Assembly (NCBI GenBank): GCA_944389215.1
Contig: CALXLN010000088.1
Coordinates: 24,379 to 88,378 of the forward strand
Direction of reading: 5' to 3'
DNA: 64,000 bases
DNA from: an uncultured Opitutales bacterium
Lineage (GTDB): Bacteria; Verrucomicrobiota; Verrucomicrobiia; Opitutales; Intestinicryptomonadaceae
The notes beneath the pieces were generated by a model, which did not search any database, was not told the DNA's origin, and worked only from the letters and a program-made list of their open reading frames with translations. The position numbers and the translations under genes are program-made. This document shows, piece after piece, positions 48,303 through 60,481 of the stretch (positions are counted from its first letter, which is position 1; the number at the start of each line of letters is the position of its first letter).

Positions 48303-49546
48303 AAATTTTAACGGCTATAGCAATTTTGACATTAACGTTCTGCGTTTTGGATGCGTCGGATTTCGATTCGGCTTTTGGCCGCGTTCCGACAGTTTCAAAA
48401 AAAGAGGCGGCGGCTATATCCGAAGCGCGGGAGGCCGGCGGGGAGGACGCCGTTAAAGTTCTTTCCGCCGCCTCAAAAAACGATTGGGCGGGAAGTGCGG
48501 TTTTCTTCAATCTCGCCAACCTTTATGCTTCCGCCGGGCGCTTTAACGAAGCCGCTGACAATTATAAAATGGCTTTAAAAAAACTGCCGTCTTTTTTTAT
48601 GGCCCAGAAAAATTTGGCGATGGTGTTGTCGGAGAGCGGCAATAAACCCGCGGCGTTTGCTGAGATGAAAAAAGCCCTTGCACTTTCCGGCGGCTCCGAT
48701 TCCGACATACTGCTTTGGATGGCCTCGTACCACATTGAAAACGGCGATTACTCTGAGGCTTTATTTTGTTGCAACCAGGCTCTGGTTTACGATTCTCAAA
48801 ACGCCCGCGCGAAAACCGTTAAAGCCAGAATACTTTTGCGTTTGGATATGCTGGGAGAGTGCAGGGCGGTATGTTTGTCGCTGCTTTCCGAAAACGTCAA
48901 AAATACTGAGGCTTTGGAAACTCTTGTCGTCTGCAGGGCCAAAGAGGGCGATTACGCCGGCGCAATTTCCGCCGCGGAGATTGCGCGTGCGCTGGGGGCA
49001 AATACAACGTCTTCAGTGGAAATCGCTGATCTGTATTTTAGCGCCGGACTCTATTCGGACGCCGCAAAAGAGTATGCTTCGCGAGCAAAGGCAGTTTCTA
49101 AAAATTCCCTTAAAAACGCGCTGTTTGCAATGATCTCCGACGGAAAGTATGCAGAAGCCAGAAAATTTGCCTTGGGACTCGGACTTCCTGATTCTCGCCA
49201 AATATCGGCGGCGGCATTTGCCGCGGAAGGGAAAAAATCCGAGGCAATAGCCGAGTACGCTGGATATTTCGACGCAGGCGGAAATGATGCTAAGGCCCAT
49301 TTTGAATATGCCGTTCTCCTCTTGGAAAAAGGCGATGCTGTTTCGGCGGGCCCGCACTTCGACGCGGCGTCTAAAGATTCCGCCTACGCGTTGGCTGCTC
49401 TCTACGGCAAGCTGCGCGCGGCGGCTGCGGAATCTGATTTTATGGAGGCTTTAAAAATTGCAAAAAGAATACAGTCGGTTGAGAAATCCGACGAAATCGA
49501 ATTGTATATAAAATATTTAAATGAACTGGACAAGTCCGCACAATAG
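48299..49546 (+). CDS. Exported TPR protein (TtpD-like)
   Basis: Signal peptide, multiple TPRs (FNLANLY...A...YKMALKKLPSF); ATGA overlap with tonB. Confidence 0.82.
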   Translation: MKILTAIAILTLTFCVLDASDFDSAFGRVPTVSKKEAAAISEAREAGGEDAVKVLSAASKNDWAGSAVFFNLANLYASAGRFNEAADNYKMALKKLPSFFMAQKNLAMVLSESGNKPAAFAEMKKALALSGGSDSDILLWMASYHIENGDYSEALFCCNQALVYDSQNARAKTVKARILLRLDMLGECRAVCLSLLSENVKNTEALETLVVCRAKEGDYAGAISAAEIARALGANTTSSVEIADLYFSAGLYSDAAKEYASRAKAVSKNSLKNALFAMISDGKYAEARKFALGLGLPDSRQISAAAFAAEGKKSEAIAEYAGYFDAGGNDAKAHFEYAVLLLEKGDAVSAGPHFDAASKDSAYALAALYGKLRAAAAESDFMEALKIAKRIQSVEKSDEIELYIKYLNELDKSAQ

Positions 49547-50354
49547 AACTCTGCCTGTTCCCAAGGGCGGTTCCCCGCTTATTATGGGGATTTTAAACGT
49601 TTCCGACGATTCTTTTTCCGACGGCGGAAAATATTCCGAAGTTGCCGCCGCCGTTTCCCGCGCAAAGCTTATGGCGGAAGAGGGAGCAGACATAATCGAC
49701 GTGGGAGCGGAATCGACGAGGCCGGGAGCGCTTCGGCTTTCCGCCGACGGCGAAATCGCGCGCCTCATTCCGCATTTGAAAGCCTTGCGCGCGGAAATGG
49801 CGGGTATACCAATTTCTGTGGACACGTACAAACCCGAAGTTGCGCTTCTTGCCGTCGATTTAGGCGCCGATATAATAAACGACGTTTACGCCGAAACCGC
49901 TGGCGGAAAATATCCCATGGCGTCCGTGGCTGCAGAGAAAAACTGCCCGTTGATAATAACGCATAATTGCAGGGGCAAGCGCATAGAGGGGGATTTTTTT
50001 AGTTTTTTTAAGCGCGAAATTTCAAATCTTATGGAAATGGCGCTGGATGCGGGCGTAAAAAAGGAGCAGATTGTCTTGGATCCCGGCTTCGGGTTCGGAA
50101 AAACTTGCGCGCAGAATTTTGAAATCGTAAGAAGGCTTGGCGAATTGCGCGAATTTGGGTGCCCGGTTCTTTTGGGAGTGTCGCGCAAATCGTCTTTGGC
50201 CGAAACCGTTGGCCCGGATATTTCCGCAAGGGATGACGCCACGGCAATAATAAGCGCGTTTGCAACCCTTGCGAAATCCGCCGATATTTTGCGCGTGCAC
50301 GACGTGCGGAAAAATTTAAACGCCGTAAAAATTGCGGACAGCCTTATGTTTTAA
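49521..50354 (+). CDS. folP: Dihydropteroate synthase
   Basis: IMGILNVSDDSFSDGG, GAESTRPG, ISVDT, INDV, DPGFGFGK, SRKS, RVHDV. Confidence 0.96.
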   Translation: MNWTSPHNRTLPVPKGGSPLIMGILNVSDDSFSDGGKYSEVAAAVSRAKLMAEEGADIIDVGAESTRPGALRLSADGEIARLIPHLKALRAEMAGIPISVDTYKPEVALLAVDLGADIINDVYAETAGGKYPMASVAAEKNCPLIITHNCRGKRIEGDFFSFFKREISNLMEMALDAGVKKEQIVLDPGFGFGKTCAQNFEIVRRLGELREFGCPVLLGVSRKSSLAETVGPDISARDDATAIISAFATLAKSADILRVHDVRKNLNAVKIADSLMF

Positions 50355-50355
50355 T

Positions 50356-50733
50356 ATGGACGAAATAATAATAGAAAAATTAAAGCTTCGCGGCAAGCAC
50401 GGGTGCTTTGCCGCAGAGCGCGACGAATTGCGCGACTTTGAAGTTTCAATGCGGCTTCGCCTGCCGTTTGACCGCGCGGCAAAGACAGACGAACTTTCAG
50501 ACACCGTAGATTATCCTTCTGCAATGGCTATCGCGGAAGGCGTATTGGGCGGAGAGAGCGTTAGACTGATAGAAAAACTTGCCGATATGATAGCTGAACG
50601 GCTTTTCATTCGCTTTCCTAATCTGAAAGAGGCTGATGTGGAGGTCGCAAAGCTTGGCGTAGACGTTGGGTTTGAATTCGGGAAGATTTCCGCCCGCATA
50701 TCGCGCAAAAGAACGGATTATATAAAGGAATAA
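50356..50733 (+). CDS. folB: Dihydroneopterin aldolase
   Basis: HG....ER, DELSDTVDY, LIEKLA; synteny with folP and folK. Confidence 0.92.
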   Translation: MDEIIIEKLKLRGKHGCFAAERDELRDFEVSMRLRLPFDRAAKTDELSDTVDYPSAMAIAEGVLGGESVRLIEKLADMIAERLFIRFPNLKEADVEVAKLGVDVGFEFGKISARISRKRTDYIKE

Positions 50734-50735
50734 AT

Positions 50736-51218
50736 ATGAATTACGCAGTGTTGGCATTGGGGTCGAACGTAGGGAACCGCCGCGAATTTCTGGTGCGCGC
50801 AATTTCCGCATTGGACGATATCGCGCGCGTGGTTGCAAAATCTAAAATATACGAAACCGCGCCTTGGGGATATGCGCAGCAGCGCAATTTTCTCAATGCT
50901 GCCATAGGCATAGAGACCGTGTGCGCCCCGTTGGAGTTGTTGGAGTATTGCAAATTGGTGGAGCGCAGGCTGGGCAGGGTAAAAACCTTTGAAAACGGCC
51001 CGCGTGAAATAGATTTGGATATAATTTTTTACGGCGGCGAAAGTTATTGCGACGACAATCTTTGCATACCGCATAAACGGTGGCGGGAGCGCGATTTTGT
51101 CGTAACCCCGCTTCTCGACTTGCTAGACTCGGGATTTTTCGACGATGAAGTATTTGTGGAATACAAAAAAATATTGAAAACAATGTCTCGCCTTTGTTCT
51201 CCGTTTTCAGCATTTTAG
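50736..51218 (+). CDS. folK: 2-amino-4-hydroxy-6-hydroxymethyldihydropteridine diphosphokinase
   Basis: ALGSNVG, YETAPWG, FLNA, GPREIDLDI, IPH, ERDFV. Confidence 0.95.
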   Translation: MNYAVLALGSNVGNRREFLVRAISALDDIARVVAKSKIYETAPWGYAQQRNFLNAAIGIETVCAPLELLEYCKLVERRLGRVKTFENGPREIDLDIIFYGGESYCDDNLCIPHKRWRERDFVVTPLLDLLDSGFFDDEVFVEYKKILKTMSRLCSPFSAF

Positions 51219-51224
51219 ACTTCA

Positions 51225-51920
51225 ATGGACAATAAATCCGCAACACTTTATATCGTGGCAACTCCCATAGGGAACCTTTCCGACATTTCTGAACGCGCGC
51301 TTCAGACATTGCGCGATTGCGACATAGTCGCCTGCGAGGATACTCGCGTAACCGGAACTCTTTTAAAGCGTTTTGGAATTTCAAAGGAAATGTTTGTTTA
51401 TGAAGATTCCCGCGAGCGGAATGCAGCACCCATTCTTTTGGAAAAATTGAAATCCGGCTTAAATATTGCGTTGGTGAGCGATGCGGGAACTCCATGCATT
51501 AGCGATCCTGGATTCAGGATAGCCAGAGCCTGCCGCGCCGAAGGAATAAAGGTCGTACCAATTCCGGGGCCTTGCGCCTTTGCCGCGGCTTTGAGCGCTT
51601 CGGGGCTTCCAAGCGATTCTTTTCTGTTTGTGGGATTTCTTCCCGCCAAGACGGCTGCGCGCAGGAATTTCTTTGAAAAGCACGCAGATTTTGGGCATAC
51701 CTTGATTTTTTACGAATCGCCTTACAGAATCCTTAAATTTATTGACGATGCCTTGGATGTTTTTGGAGGGGACAGAGTGGTTTGCGTCGCAAAAGAAATA
51801 ACTAAATTGCACGAACGTTTTTTTACTGGCAAACTTTCCGATGTAGCCCTTCAAATAAAAAATAGCTCCACTAAAGGCGAATTTGTTGTCTTAATCGCTC
51901 CGAAAGATTTTGGATTTTAG
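51225..51920 (+). CDS. rsmI: 16S rRNA (cytidine1402-2'-O)-methyltransferase
   Basis: LYIVATPIGNLSDI, CEDTR, SDAGTPCISDPG, FYESPYR, KEITKLHE. Confidence 0.95.
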   Translation: MDNKSATLYIVATPIGNLSDISERALQTLRDCDIVACEDTRVTGTLLKRFGISKEMFVYEDSRERNAAPILLEKLKSGLNIALVSDAGTPCISDPGFRIARACRAEGIKVVPIPGPCAFAAALSASGLPSDSFLFVGFLPAKTAARRNFFEKHADFGHTLIFYESPYRILKFIDDALDVFGGDRVVCVAKEITKLHERFFTGKLSDVALQIKNSSTKGEFVVLIAPKDFGF

Positions 51921-51922
51921 CA

Positions 51923-52807
51923 ATGAAGTTGGCAGTTGACATTGGTTCCAATACCATAAAGTGCCTTCTAGGGGAGTTCCGCAACGGGAATGTGGAGGTT
52001 TTTTACGAGAAGTCTCTGGAGTCTCGCATATCGTCAGGAAACGGGCTTGTCGAAAATGCAGCAGATTTAATATCGGAGGCGATGCTGTATTTTATAGAAC
52101 AGTCTTCTGCAATATCGGCGGATTTTTCGGTTGAAGCGGTTGCGACTTCGGCGTTGCGAGACGCTCCTAATTCCGCGGAAATATGCAAAAAAGTCTTCGC
52201 GAAAACTTCCGTAAAAATAAAAATACTGACGGGAATCGAGGAAGCCGAACTTTCATACCGCGGAGCCATGAGCGATTTGGCAGTCGATGCAAATTCTTCA
52301 AATATATTCTTCGATTTGGGCGGCGGCAGCATGGAAGTTGTGCGCGGCAATGGCGGAAAGGTTATATCCTCGGAAAGCTTTCCGATTGGCGCAGTCCGTA
52401 TGACAAAGCGTTTCCTATCTTGCGGCGTGAACGGGAAGGGGTTGTCGGAAATAAAAAATCTGGCGCTGGCGGAGTTTGAAAAAAAACTTGAAGTGCCCAA
52501 TTTTGAATCGCTGGTGGGCGCGGGGGGCGCTGTTGCCGCAGCGCGCATAATGAAACGCTCTATGGATTTTTCCACGCCGGAAAACATTTTGAGCGCGTCG
52601 GAGTTTAAATATATGCTAGGTTTGATTTCCGGTTTGTCGGCAGGTGGAATTGCGTCAAAATTTGGAATTAGCGAAAACCGCGCAGAAATTATTCCGGCGG
52701 CTTTTGTCTGCGTGCTGGCTTTGATGGAATTTCTTGGTAGGGATTCTTTAATTCATACGTTTAGGAATCTGCGCTATGGCTTGATTGTTTCAGATTCTAG
52801 AGTTTGA
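51923..52807 (+). CDS. ppx: Ppx/GppA family exopolyphosphatase, short form without HD domain
   Basis: DIGSNT, ATSALRDA, EEA, DLGGGSME, LRYG. Confidence 0.88.
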   Translation: MKLAVDIGSNTIKCLLGEFRNGNVEVFYEKSLESRISSGNGLVENAADLISEAMLYFIEQSSAISADFSVEAVATSALRDAPNSAEICKKVFAKTSVKIKILTGIEEAELSYRGAMSDLAVDANSSNIFFDLGGGSMEVVRGNGGKVISSESFPIGAVRMTKRFLSCGVNGKGLSEIKNLALAEFEKKLEVPNFESLVGAGGAVAAARIMKRSMDFSTPENILSASEFKYMLGLISGLSAGGIASKFGISENRAEIIPAAFVCVLALMEFLGRDSLIHTFRNLRYGLIVSDSRV

Positions 52808-52863
52808 TTTTACTTTATTTTGCTATTGACTCGGGGGTTGCCATATATAACAGGAATGGTATT

Positions 52864-53856
52864 ATGAAAAAAATCCTGTCATTCTTCTTGCTTGTAGTTT
52901 CTTATTCTTTCTGCTTTGCGGCGGTTCCGCAAACTGTTGTTTTTGACACCGACATGGGCAACGATATAGACGACGCTTTGGCTCAAGCTATGCTCCTAAA
53001 TTATGAAAAGGCCGGAAAAATAAAATTAAAGGCAATACTAGTAAACAAAGACAATCCGTATTCTCCACTGTTTGTAAAAGCCATAAACGACTATTACGGG
53101 CGCCCGGACATTCCCATAGGCATGGTAAAAGTCGGCGCCACAAAACACGAAGGTCCGTTTGTCGGCAAAGTTTGCAGGGACATGGAATTAAAGCCTGTTG
53201 AATTTCAGGATGCTACAAAGCTTCTGCGCAAAGTTCTCGCGGAATCAAAAGACGGGGAAATCGTTTATGTGTCTGTGGGGTTTTCGACAAACATAGAGCG
53301 ATTGCTTAAATCTGAAGCGGACTCAATTTCGCCGCTTGCCGGAAACGAACTTTTTGCCAAAAAAGTAAAGTACATATCGGTTATGGGGGGGCATTTTGAG
53401 CGCGTTTTAAACAAATCCGCAAGCCAGCATCAAGAATACAACGTAGTTTGCGACATCCCGGCTGCAAAATACGTTTTTAAGAACGCTCCTGTGCCGATTA
53501 TATTCAGCGGGTTTGAAATCGGCCGGGATATAAGATTCCCCGCCAAGGTTCTTTACGAAAACCTTTCAAAAGAAAATCCCGTAAGCCGCGCGTACGAATA
53601 CCATTCGCTGGACATTACAAAAGGAAAATCAAAAATGAACAACCGCGAAAGCTGGGATTTGACGAGCGTTTTATATGTGGTTTCTCCGGAATCTTTTGGA
53701 ATTTCCGAAAACGGCACAACAGAAGTAACTCCCAAAGGAATAACTTTATTTACTGCCGATAAAAACGGAAACCGCTGCTTCCTAACGGCCAATGAAGCTC
53801 AGCGCAAAGAGATTTTGCAAAAGTTAATAAGCGGCGTAACCGGCAAGGATAACTAG
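52864..53856 (+). CDS. Exported nucleoside hydrolase (IU-NH family)
   Basis: Signal peptide, DTDMGNDIDD motif, VMGG, EYN, SWD. Start ATG 52864. Confidence 0.85.
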   Translation: MKKILSFFLLVVSYSFCFAAVPQTVVFDTDMGNDIDDALAQAMLLNYEKAGKIKLKAILVNKDNPYSPLFVKAINDYYGRPDIPIGMVKVGATKHEGPFVGKVCRDMELKPVEFQDATKLLRKVLAESKDGEIVYVSVGFSTNIERLLKSEADSISPLAGNELFAKKVKYISVMGGHFERVLNKSASQHQEYNVVCDIPAAKYVFKNAPVPIIFSGFEIGRDIRFPAKVLYENLSKENPVSRAYEYHSLDITKGKSKMNNRESWDLTSVLYVVSPESFGISENGTTEVTPKGITLFTADKNGNRCFLTANEAQRKEILQKLISGVTGKDN

Positions 53857-54043
53857 TTCAGCGTAGCTTAAGCTTGTAAAAGAGGGCGATTTTACAAAGC
53901 AAAGCGGGTCTGGCGGATGTGCTTAAATTCAATAAAGCCGCTCAATGGTCAATGCAAAACAAAGCGGCTTTGTAAAGCGGAGCAATGCTGCAAAGGCGGC
54001 AATATTGCGCAAAGTGCGCGCTTAAACTGTTGGCAGAAAAACC

Positions 54044-55033
54044 CTAGGAGCGCGTCTTCTTTATGAAGTCCAGCGTTTCCTGAAGCGCTATGGAGAAGCT
54101 TTTAGGCATTCCGGGCATAGTCAGATATATATGGGTCGCTCCGCGGACGCATACATGCCTGACTTTTGCGTTGTGCTTTAGCAAAAGATTTGCGAATTCC
54201 TCGTCCTGGTTTAGGAGTATGTCGCACCCCGACGACAGTATCAAAGTCGGCGGAAACTTTGGCAAACTTTTAAAGTTGAGCGGCGAGGCTTCTTTGCGCA
54301 AGTTCTTATCGGGTATATAGACGTTGTTAAATGTGTCCATCAGTTTGGCGTCGAGCGCATAGTTTGTGCCGTACTTTTTGTAGCTTTCGTCGGAATGTCT
54401 GTCTTCAAAAGTCGTTACCGGATAAAACAGCATCAGTCCCTGCGGAATCCGCAGTTTTGAGCGAATGAGGGCGTCGGTGAGAGCAGTTGCCAGATGTCCT
54501 CCCGCGCTATCTCCTGCCACAAAAATGTTTTTTGAGCCCAAACCTTGCGCATCCGCGTTTTGGGCAAGCCATTTATATGCGCAAATACAGTCGTCCAAGG
54601 CTGCGGGATGGGGATGTTCGGGGGCTCTGCGGTAGTTTATCGCCACAACGCTCGCCATTCCGCTGGCGGCTACATTCTGGCAAAAGTCCGCGCACGAATT
54701 TATGTCGCCAATCGTCCATCCGCCGCCGTGCAAATACAATAACAGGGGCTTTTCGGCGGAGGATTCAGTCTTTTTTGAGTATATTCTGGCGGGAATGTCT
54801 CCAAAGTCCGAAGGAATCGCAATATCGCGCGTTTCCACGTATTCTATGGGTTTGCATGGAACCGCGCGAAAGTCTCTTATGGCTTTGAGCATTTTTCCGC
54901 TTCCGCCCGCGGCTTGTTCGATGGCCTTGCACATAATTTCCGTGCGCCTGGGCGTAAAGGTTTGGAGAAAGATTTTGGCTTCCTCAAACAAGTCGGATTT
55001 CAAGTCCACATATGTAAAATAATTTTGCGCCAT
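54044..55033 (-). CDS. Alpha/beta hydrolase, HSL (family IV) esterase
   Basis: HGGGW oxyanion motif, YRRAPEHPHPAA, GDSAGG nucleophile, D(ILL) and H(IY) triad candidates. Confidence 0.93.
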   Translation of the reverse strand: MAQNYFTYVDLKSDLFEEAKIFLQTFTPRRTEIMCKAIEQAAGGSGKMLKAIRDFRAVPCKPIEYVETRDIAIPSDFGDIPARIYSKKTESSAEKPLLLYLHGGGWTIGDINSCADFCQNVAASGMASVVAINYRRAPEHPHPAALDDCICAYKWLAQNADAQGLGSKNIFVAGDSAGGHLATALTDALIRSKLRIPQGLMLFYPVTTFEDRHSDESYKKYGTNYALDAKLMDTFNNVYIPDKNLRKEASPLNFKSLPKFPPTLILSSGCDILLNQDEEFANLLLKHNAKVRHVCVRGATHIYLTMPGMPKSFSIALQETLDFIKKTRS

Positions 55034-55060
55034 GTCGTTTTCTTCTAATTAAGGAACATT

Positions 55061-55094
55061 AAAAAAAGCGGAGCGTTATTGCAAGCTCCGCTTT
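55061..55094 (-). terminator. Rho-independent terminator after gyrA
   Basis: AAAGCGGAGC/GCTCCGCTTT stem followed by U7 on the minus strand. Confidence 0.8.
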
Positions 55095-55137
55095 AAAAAA
55101 TTTTACAATGCCGTATTCGCTATTTGGCGTTTGGAAA

Positions 55138-57603
55138 TTAATCCGCTACGTTTGAGTCTGAATCGGAATCCGAAGCGTCGTCTCCGTCGTGGGTATCGAC
55201 AATCTTGCAGATTCCTATCAGCTTGTCGCCTTCGGCGAGATTTATCAAACGCACGCCTTGGGTTGTCCTGCCGATTACCCTGATTCCCTTTACGGGAGAG
55301 CGGATAGCTTGGCCGGCTTGCGTAAACATCATAATTTCATCGTCTTCGCGCACCGACAAGGCTCCTGCCACACCGTGGGTCTTTATTGCGATTACTCCGC
55401 TTCCGCCGCGGTTTTGAACACGGTATTCGTCGTAGCTTGAGCGTTTGCCTTGCCCCATTTCTCCGGCTATCAACAGCGTCGAAGCGGGATCTACAACAAC
55501 TATGGCTTTTACACAGTCGTTATCCTTCTTAAGCGTAACTCCGCGCACGCCGCGTGTGGATCTGCCTTGGGCTCTGAGGTCGCTTTCATTGAAGCGTATT
55601 GACATTCCCTCGTGCGTAACAAGAACGACGTTGGAATCTGGTTCGGTAAGCACTACTCCTATTAGATCGTCTCCCTCATCGAGATTTATTCCGATTATTC
55701 CTCCCTTGCGGCAGTTCTTGTATTCCGACAGCATCGTCTTTTTAACGACGCCTTTCTTGGTTGCCATTATCAGGGCGTGCTTGTCGTCGTCGAGAGTTTT
55801 AACGCAAATCATGGCGGCGACTTTTTCGTCGTTTTTAAGGTCTAGGACATTCTTTATTGAACGCCCCTTTGATATTCTGGAGCCTTCGGGGATTTCATAG
55901 ACCTTTTGAACGTAAACCCTGCCGTTGTTCATGCAGAACATTATGCTGTCGTGGGTGGAGGCGGTGAATATGTGTTCGATAAAGTCTTCGTCGTACTGTC
56001 CGCTGCCAATGACTCCCTTGCCGCCGCGCTTTTGCGAACGGTAGGCGCTGACGCCCGTGCGCTTTATAAAGCCGTTGTGCGACACGCTTATAATGCAGCC
56101 TTCATTGGCTATGACGTCCTCCATCCTGAATTCGCCCTCCGCGGCTATAATCTGCGTGCGGCGCTCCGACGGATACTTGTCGCGCATTTGCTTAAGTTCT
56201 TTCTTTATTACTGACAAAAGTTTTTTCTCGTTTTCAAGTATAGAGCGGTACTCTTCTATTAACCGCATCAGCTCCATATATTCCTGCTCTATTTTTTCGC
56301 GTTCCAATCCTGTCAACTGATGGAGGCGAAGGTCAAGTATGGCGTTGGCTTGGCGCTCGCTTAACGGGTATTTTGCCATCAAGGCGATTCTTGCTTCTTC
56401 GCGGTCTTTTGAGGCGCGGATAATCTTTATAAAGTCGTCAAGATTGTTGAGCGCTATTTTGTAGCCTTCAAGTATGTGCGCGCGGTCTTCGGCCTTGCGG
56501 AGCAGGAAGCAGGTGCGGCGGTAAACGACTTCGCGGCGGTGCTCTATGTAGCATTCGAGCATCTCCTTTATGTTCATCTGCTTCGGCTTGCGCTTGTCCA
56601 AAGCCAGCAGAATCACGCCGAACGAGGATTCAAGCTGCGTGTGTTTGAACAGCTTGTTCATAACCACGCGCGGGGCTTCGCCGCGTTTAAGCTCTATGAC
56701 TATGCGGGTGTTTTCGTCGGATTCGTTGCGTATGTCGCTGACTTCCGTAAGAACTTTGTCCGCTACCAGCTGGGCTATGTTTTCGACTAGGCTGTTGCGG
56801 TTTACATTGTAGGGGATTTCGGTAATGACAATCTGCTCTTTGCCGTTCTTTAAGTCTTCTACCGACGCCACTCCGCGCGTTTTTACTATGCCGCGGCCGG
56901 TGCGCATGTAGCTTTCAATTCCGCTCTTGCCCACAATTACGCCGCCCGTCGGGAAGTCGGGCCCTTTTATTACCTCCATCAGCTCCGAAAGCGGAACCGC
57001 AGGATTGTCGATAAGCATGCAGATTCCGTCGATTAGTTCGTTGAGGTTGTGCGGGGGTATGTTTGTCGTCATGCCGACCGCGATACCCGTAGAACCGTTC
57101 ATGAGAAGAGTGGGCAGAGACGATGGAAGGACGGTCGGCTCGGAGGTGGTTTCCTTGTAATTGGGCATGAAGTCGACAGTGTCGCTGTCGATGTCTGTCA
57201 GCAGGTCTTCGGCTATTTCCGCAAGTTTGCATTCCGTATAGCGGTAGGCGGCGGGGGAGTCGCCTTCTATCGAGCCGAAGTTCCCCTGGGGAATAACCAA
57301 AGGATAGCGCATTACCCAATCTTGGGCGAGCCGCGTGAGAGTGTCGTAAACCGACGAGTCTCCGTGCGGGTGGTAATTTTTAAGGACTTCTCCGATTACG
57401 CCCGCGCATTTGTCGAAAGCCCTGTTGTGCAGAAGGCCTTCCCTCAACATAGCGTAAAGCACGCGGCGCTGCACAGGCTTGAGCCCGTCTCGCACGTCGG
57501 GCAGGGCGCGCGAGACTATTACCGACATCGAATAGTCGATGTACGCGCTCTGCATAATCTGCGTTATGCTTGAATCTATTATTTTTTCGTTTTCAGTGTA
57601 CAT
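55138..57603 (-). CDS. gyrA: DNA gyrase subunit A
   Basis: RALPDVRDGLKPV, HPHGDSSVYD, AAYRYTE, GyrA-box QKRGGKG, beta-pinwheel CTD, acidic tail. Confidence 0.97.
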   Translation of the reverse strand: MYTENEKIIDSSITQIMQSAYIDYSMSVIVSRALPDVRDGLKPVQRRVLYAMLREGLLHNRAFDKCAGVIGEVLKNYHPHGDSSVYDTLTRLAQDWVMRYPLVIPQGNFGSIEGDSPAAYRYTECKLAEIAEDLLTDIDSDTVDFMPNYKETTSEPTVLPSSLPTLLMNGSTGIAVGMTTNIPPHNLNELIDGICMLIDNPAVPLSELMEVIKGPDFPTGGVIVGKSGIESYMRTGRGIVKTRGVASVEDLKNGKEQIVITEIPYNVNRNSLVENIAQLVADKVLTEVSDIRNESDENTRIVIELKRGEAPRVVMNKLFKHTQLESSFGVILLALDKRKPKQMNIKEMLECYIEHRREVVYRRTCFLLRKAEDRAHILEGYKIALNNLDDFIKIIRASKDREEARIALMAKYPLSERQANAILDLRLHQLTGLEREKIEQEYMELMRLIEEYRSILENEKKLLSVIKKELKQMRDKYPSERRTQIIAAEGEFRMEDVIANEGCIISVSHNGFIKRTGVSAYRSQKRGGKGVIGSGQYDEDFIEHIFTASTHDSIMFCMNNGRVYVQKVYEIPEGSRISKGRSIKNVLDLKNDEKVAAMICVKTLDDDKHALIMATKKGVVKKTMLSEYKNCRKGGIIGINLDEGDDLIGVVLTEPDSNVVLVTHEGMSIRFNESDLRAQGRSTRGVRGVTLKKDNDCVKAIVVVDPASTLLIAGEMGQGKRSSYDEYRVQNRGGSGVIAIKTHGVAGALSVREDDEIMMFTQAGQAIRSPVKGIRVIGRTTQGVRLINLAEGDKLIGICKIVDTHDGDDASDSDSDSNVAD

Positions 57604-57621
57604 TTGAAAATTCCTTTCGAA

Positions 57622-60129
<2,508 letters not shown>

Positions 60130-60433
60130 TTATTTTTGAAATTGAAAAAAATCTCCGGAGATTTTCTACGGAAATTTTTGCGAAATTGGGCATTTTTATA
60201 AAGGATATCCGCCGAAATATACTAGCTTTAACGGGAGAACTCCATTTTTTGCTCAACTCTGTAAACAGACTATTTCTTTGCCGGAAATCTTGCAACATTT
60301 AAATGCGGAAAACGGCGTTTTTTTTTGCCTGAAACACCTTGTAAACAAGCGGTTTTATGGGATTTTGCGGGCTCGATGAAAAAAGCCGGGATTTTTATAA
60401 AAAACGGGTTGAAAATTCATTGGAAATGTGCGC

Positions 60434-60461
60434 AAAAAAACCGCCGATTCCACATCGGCGG
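60434..60461 (-). terminator. Rho-independent terminator after ispG
   Basis: CCGCCGAT/ATCGGCGG stem plus U7 on the minus strand. Confidence 0.8.
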
Positions 60462-60481
60462 CGTTGCTGGCCAAAGCGAAA

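Noticed and set aside
57330-57375. Quinolone-resistance substitutions in GyrA
   Set aside because: HPHGDSSVYD keeps Ser and Asp at the positions equivalent to E. coli 83 and 87
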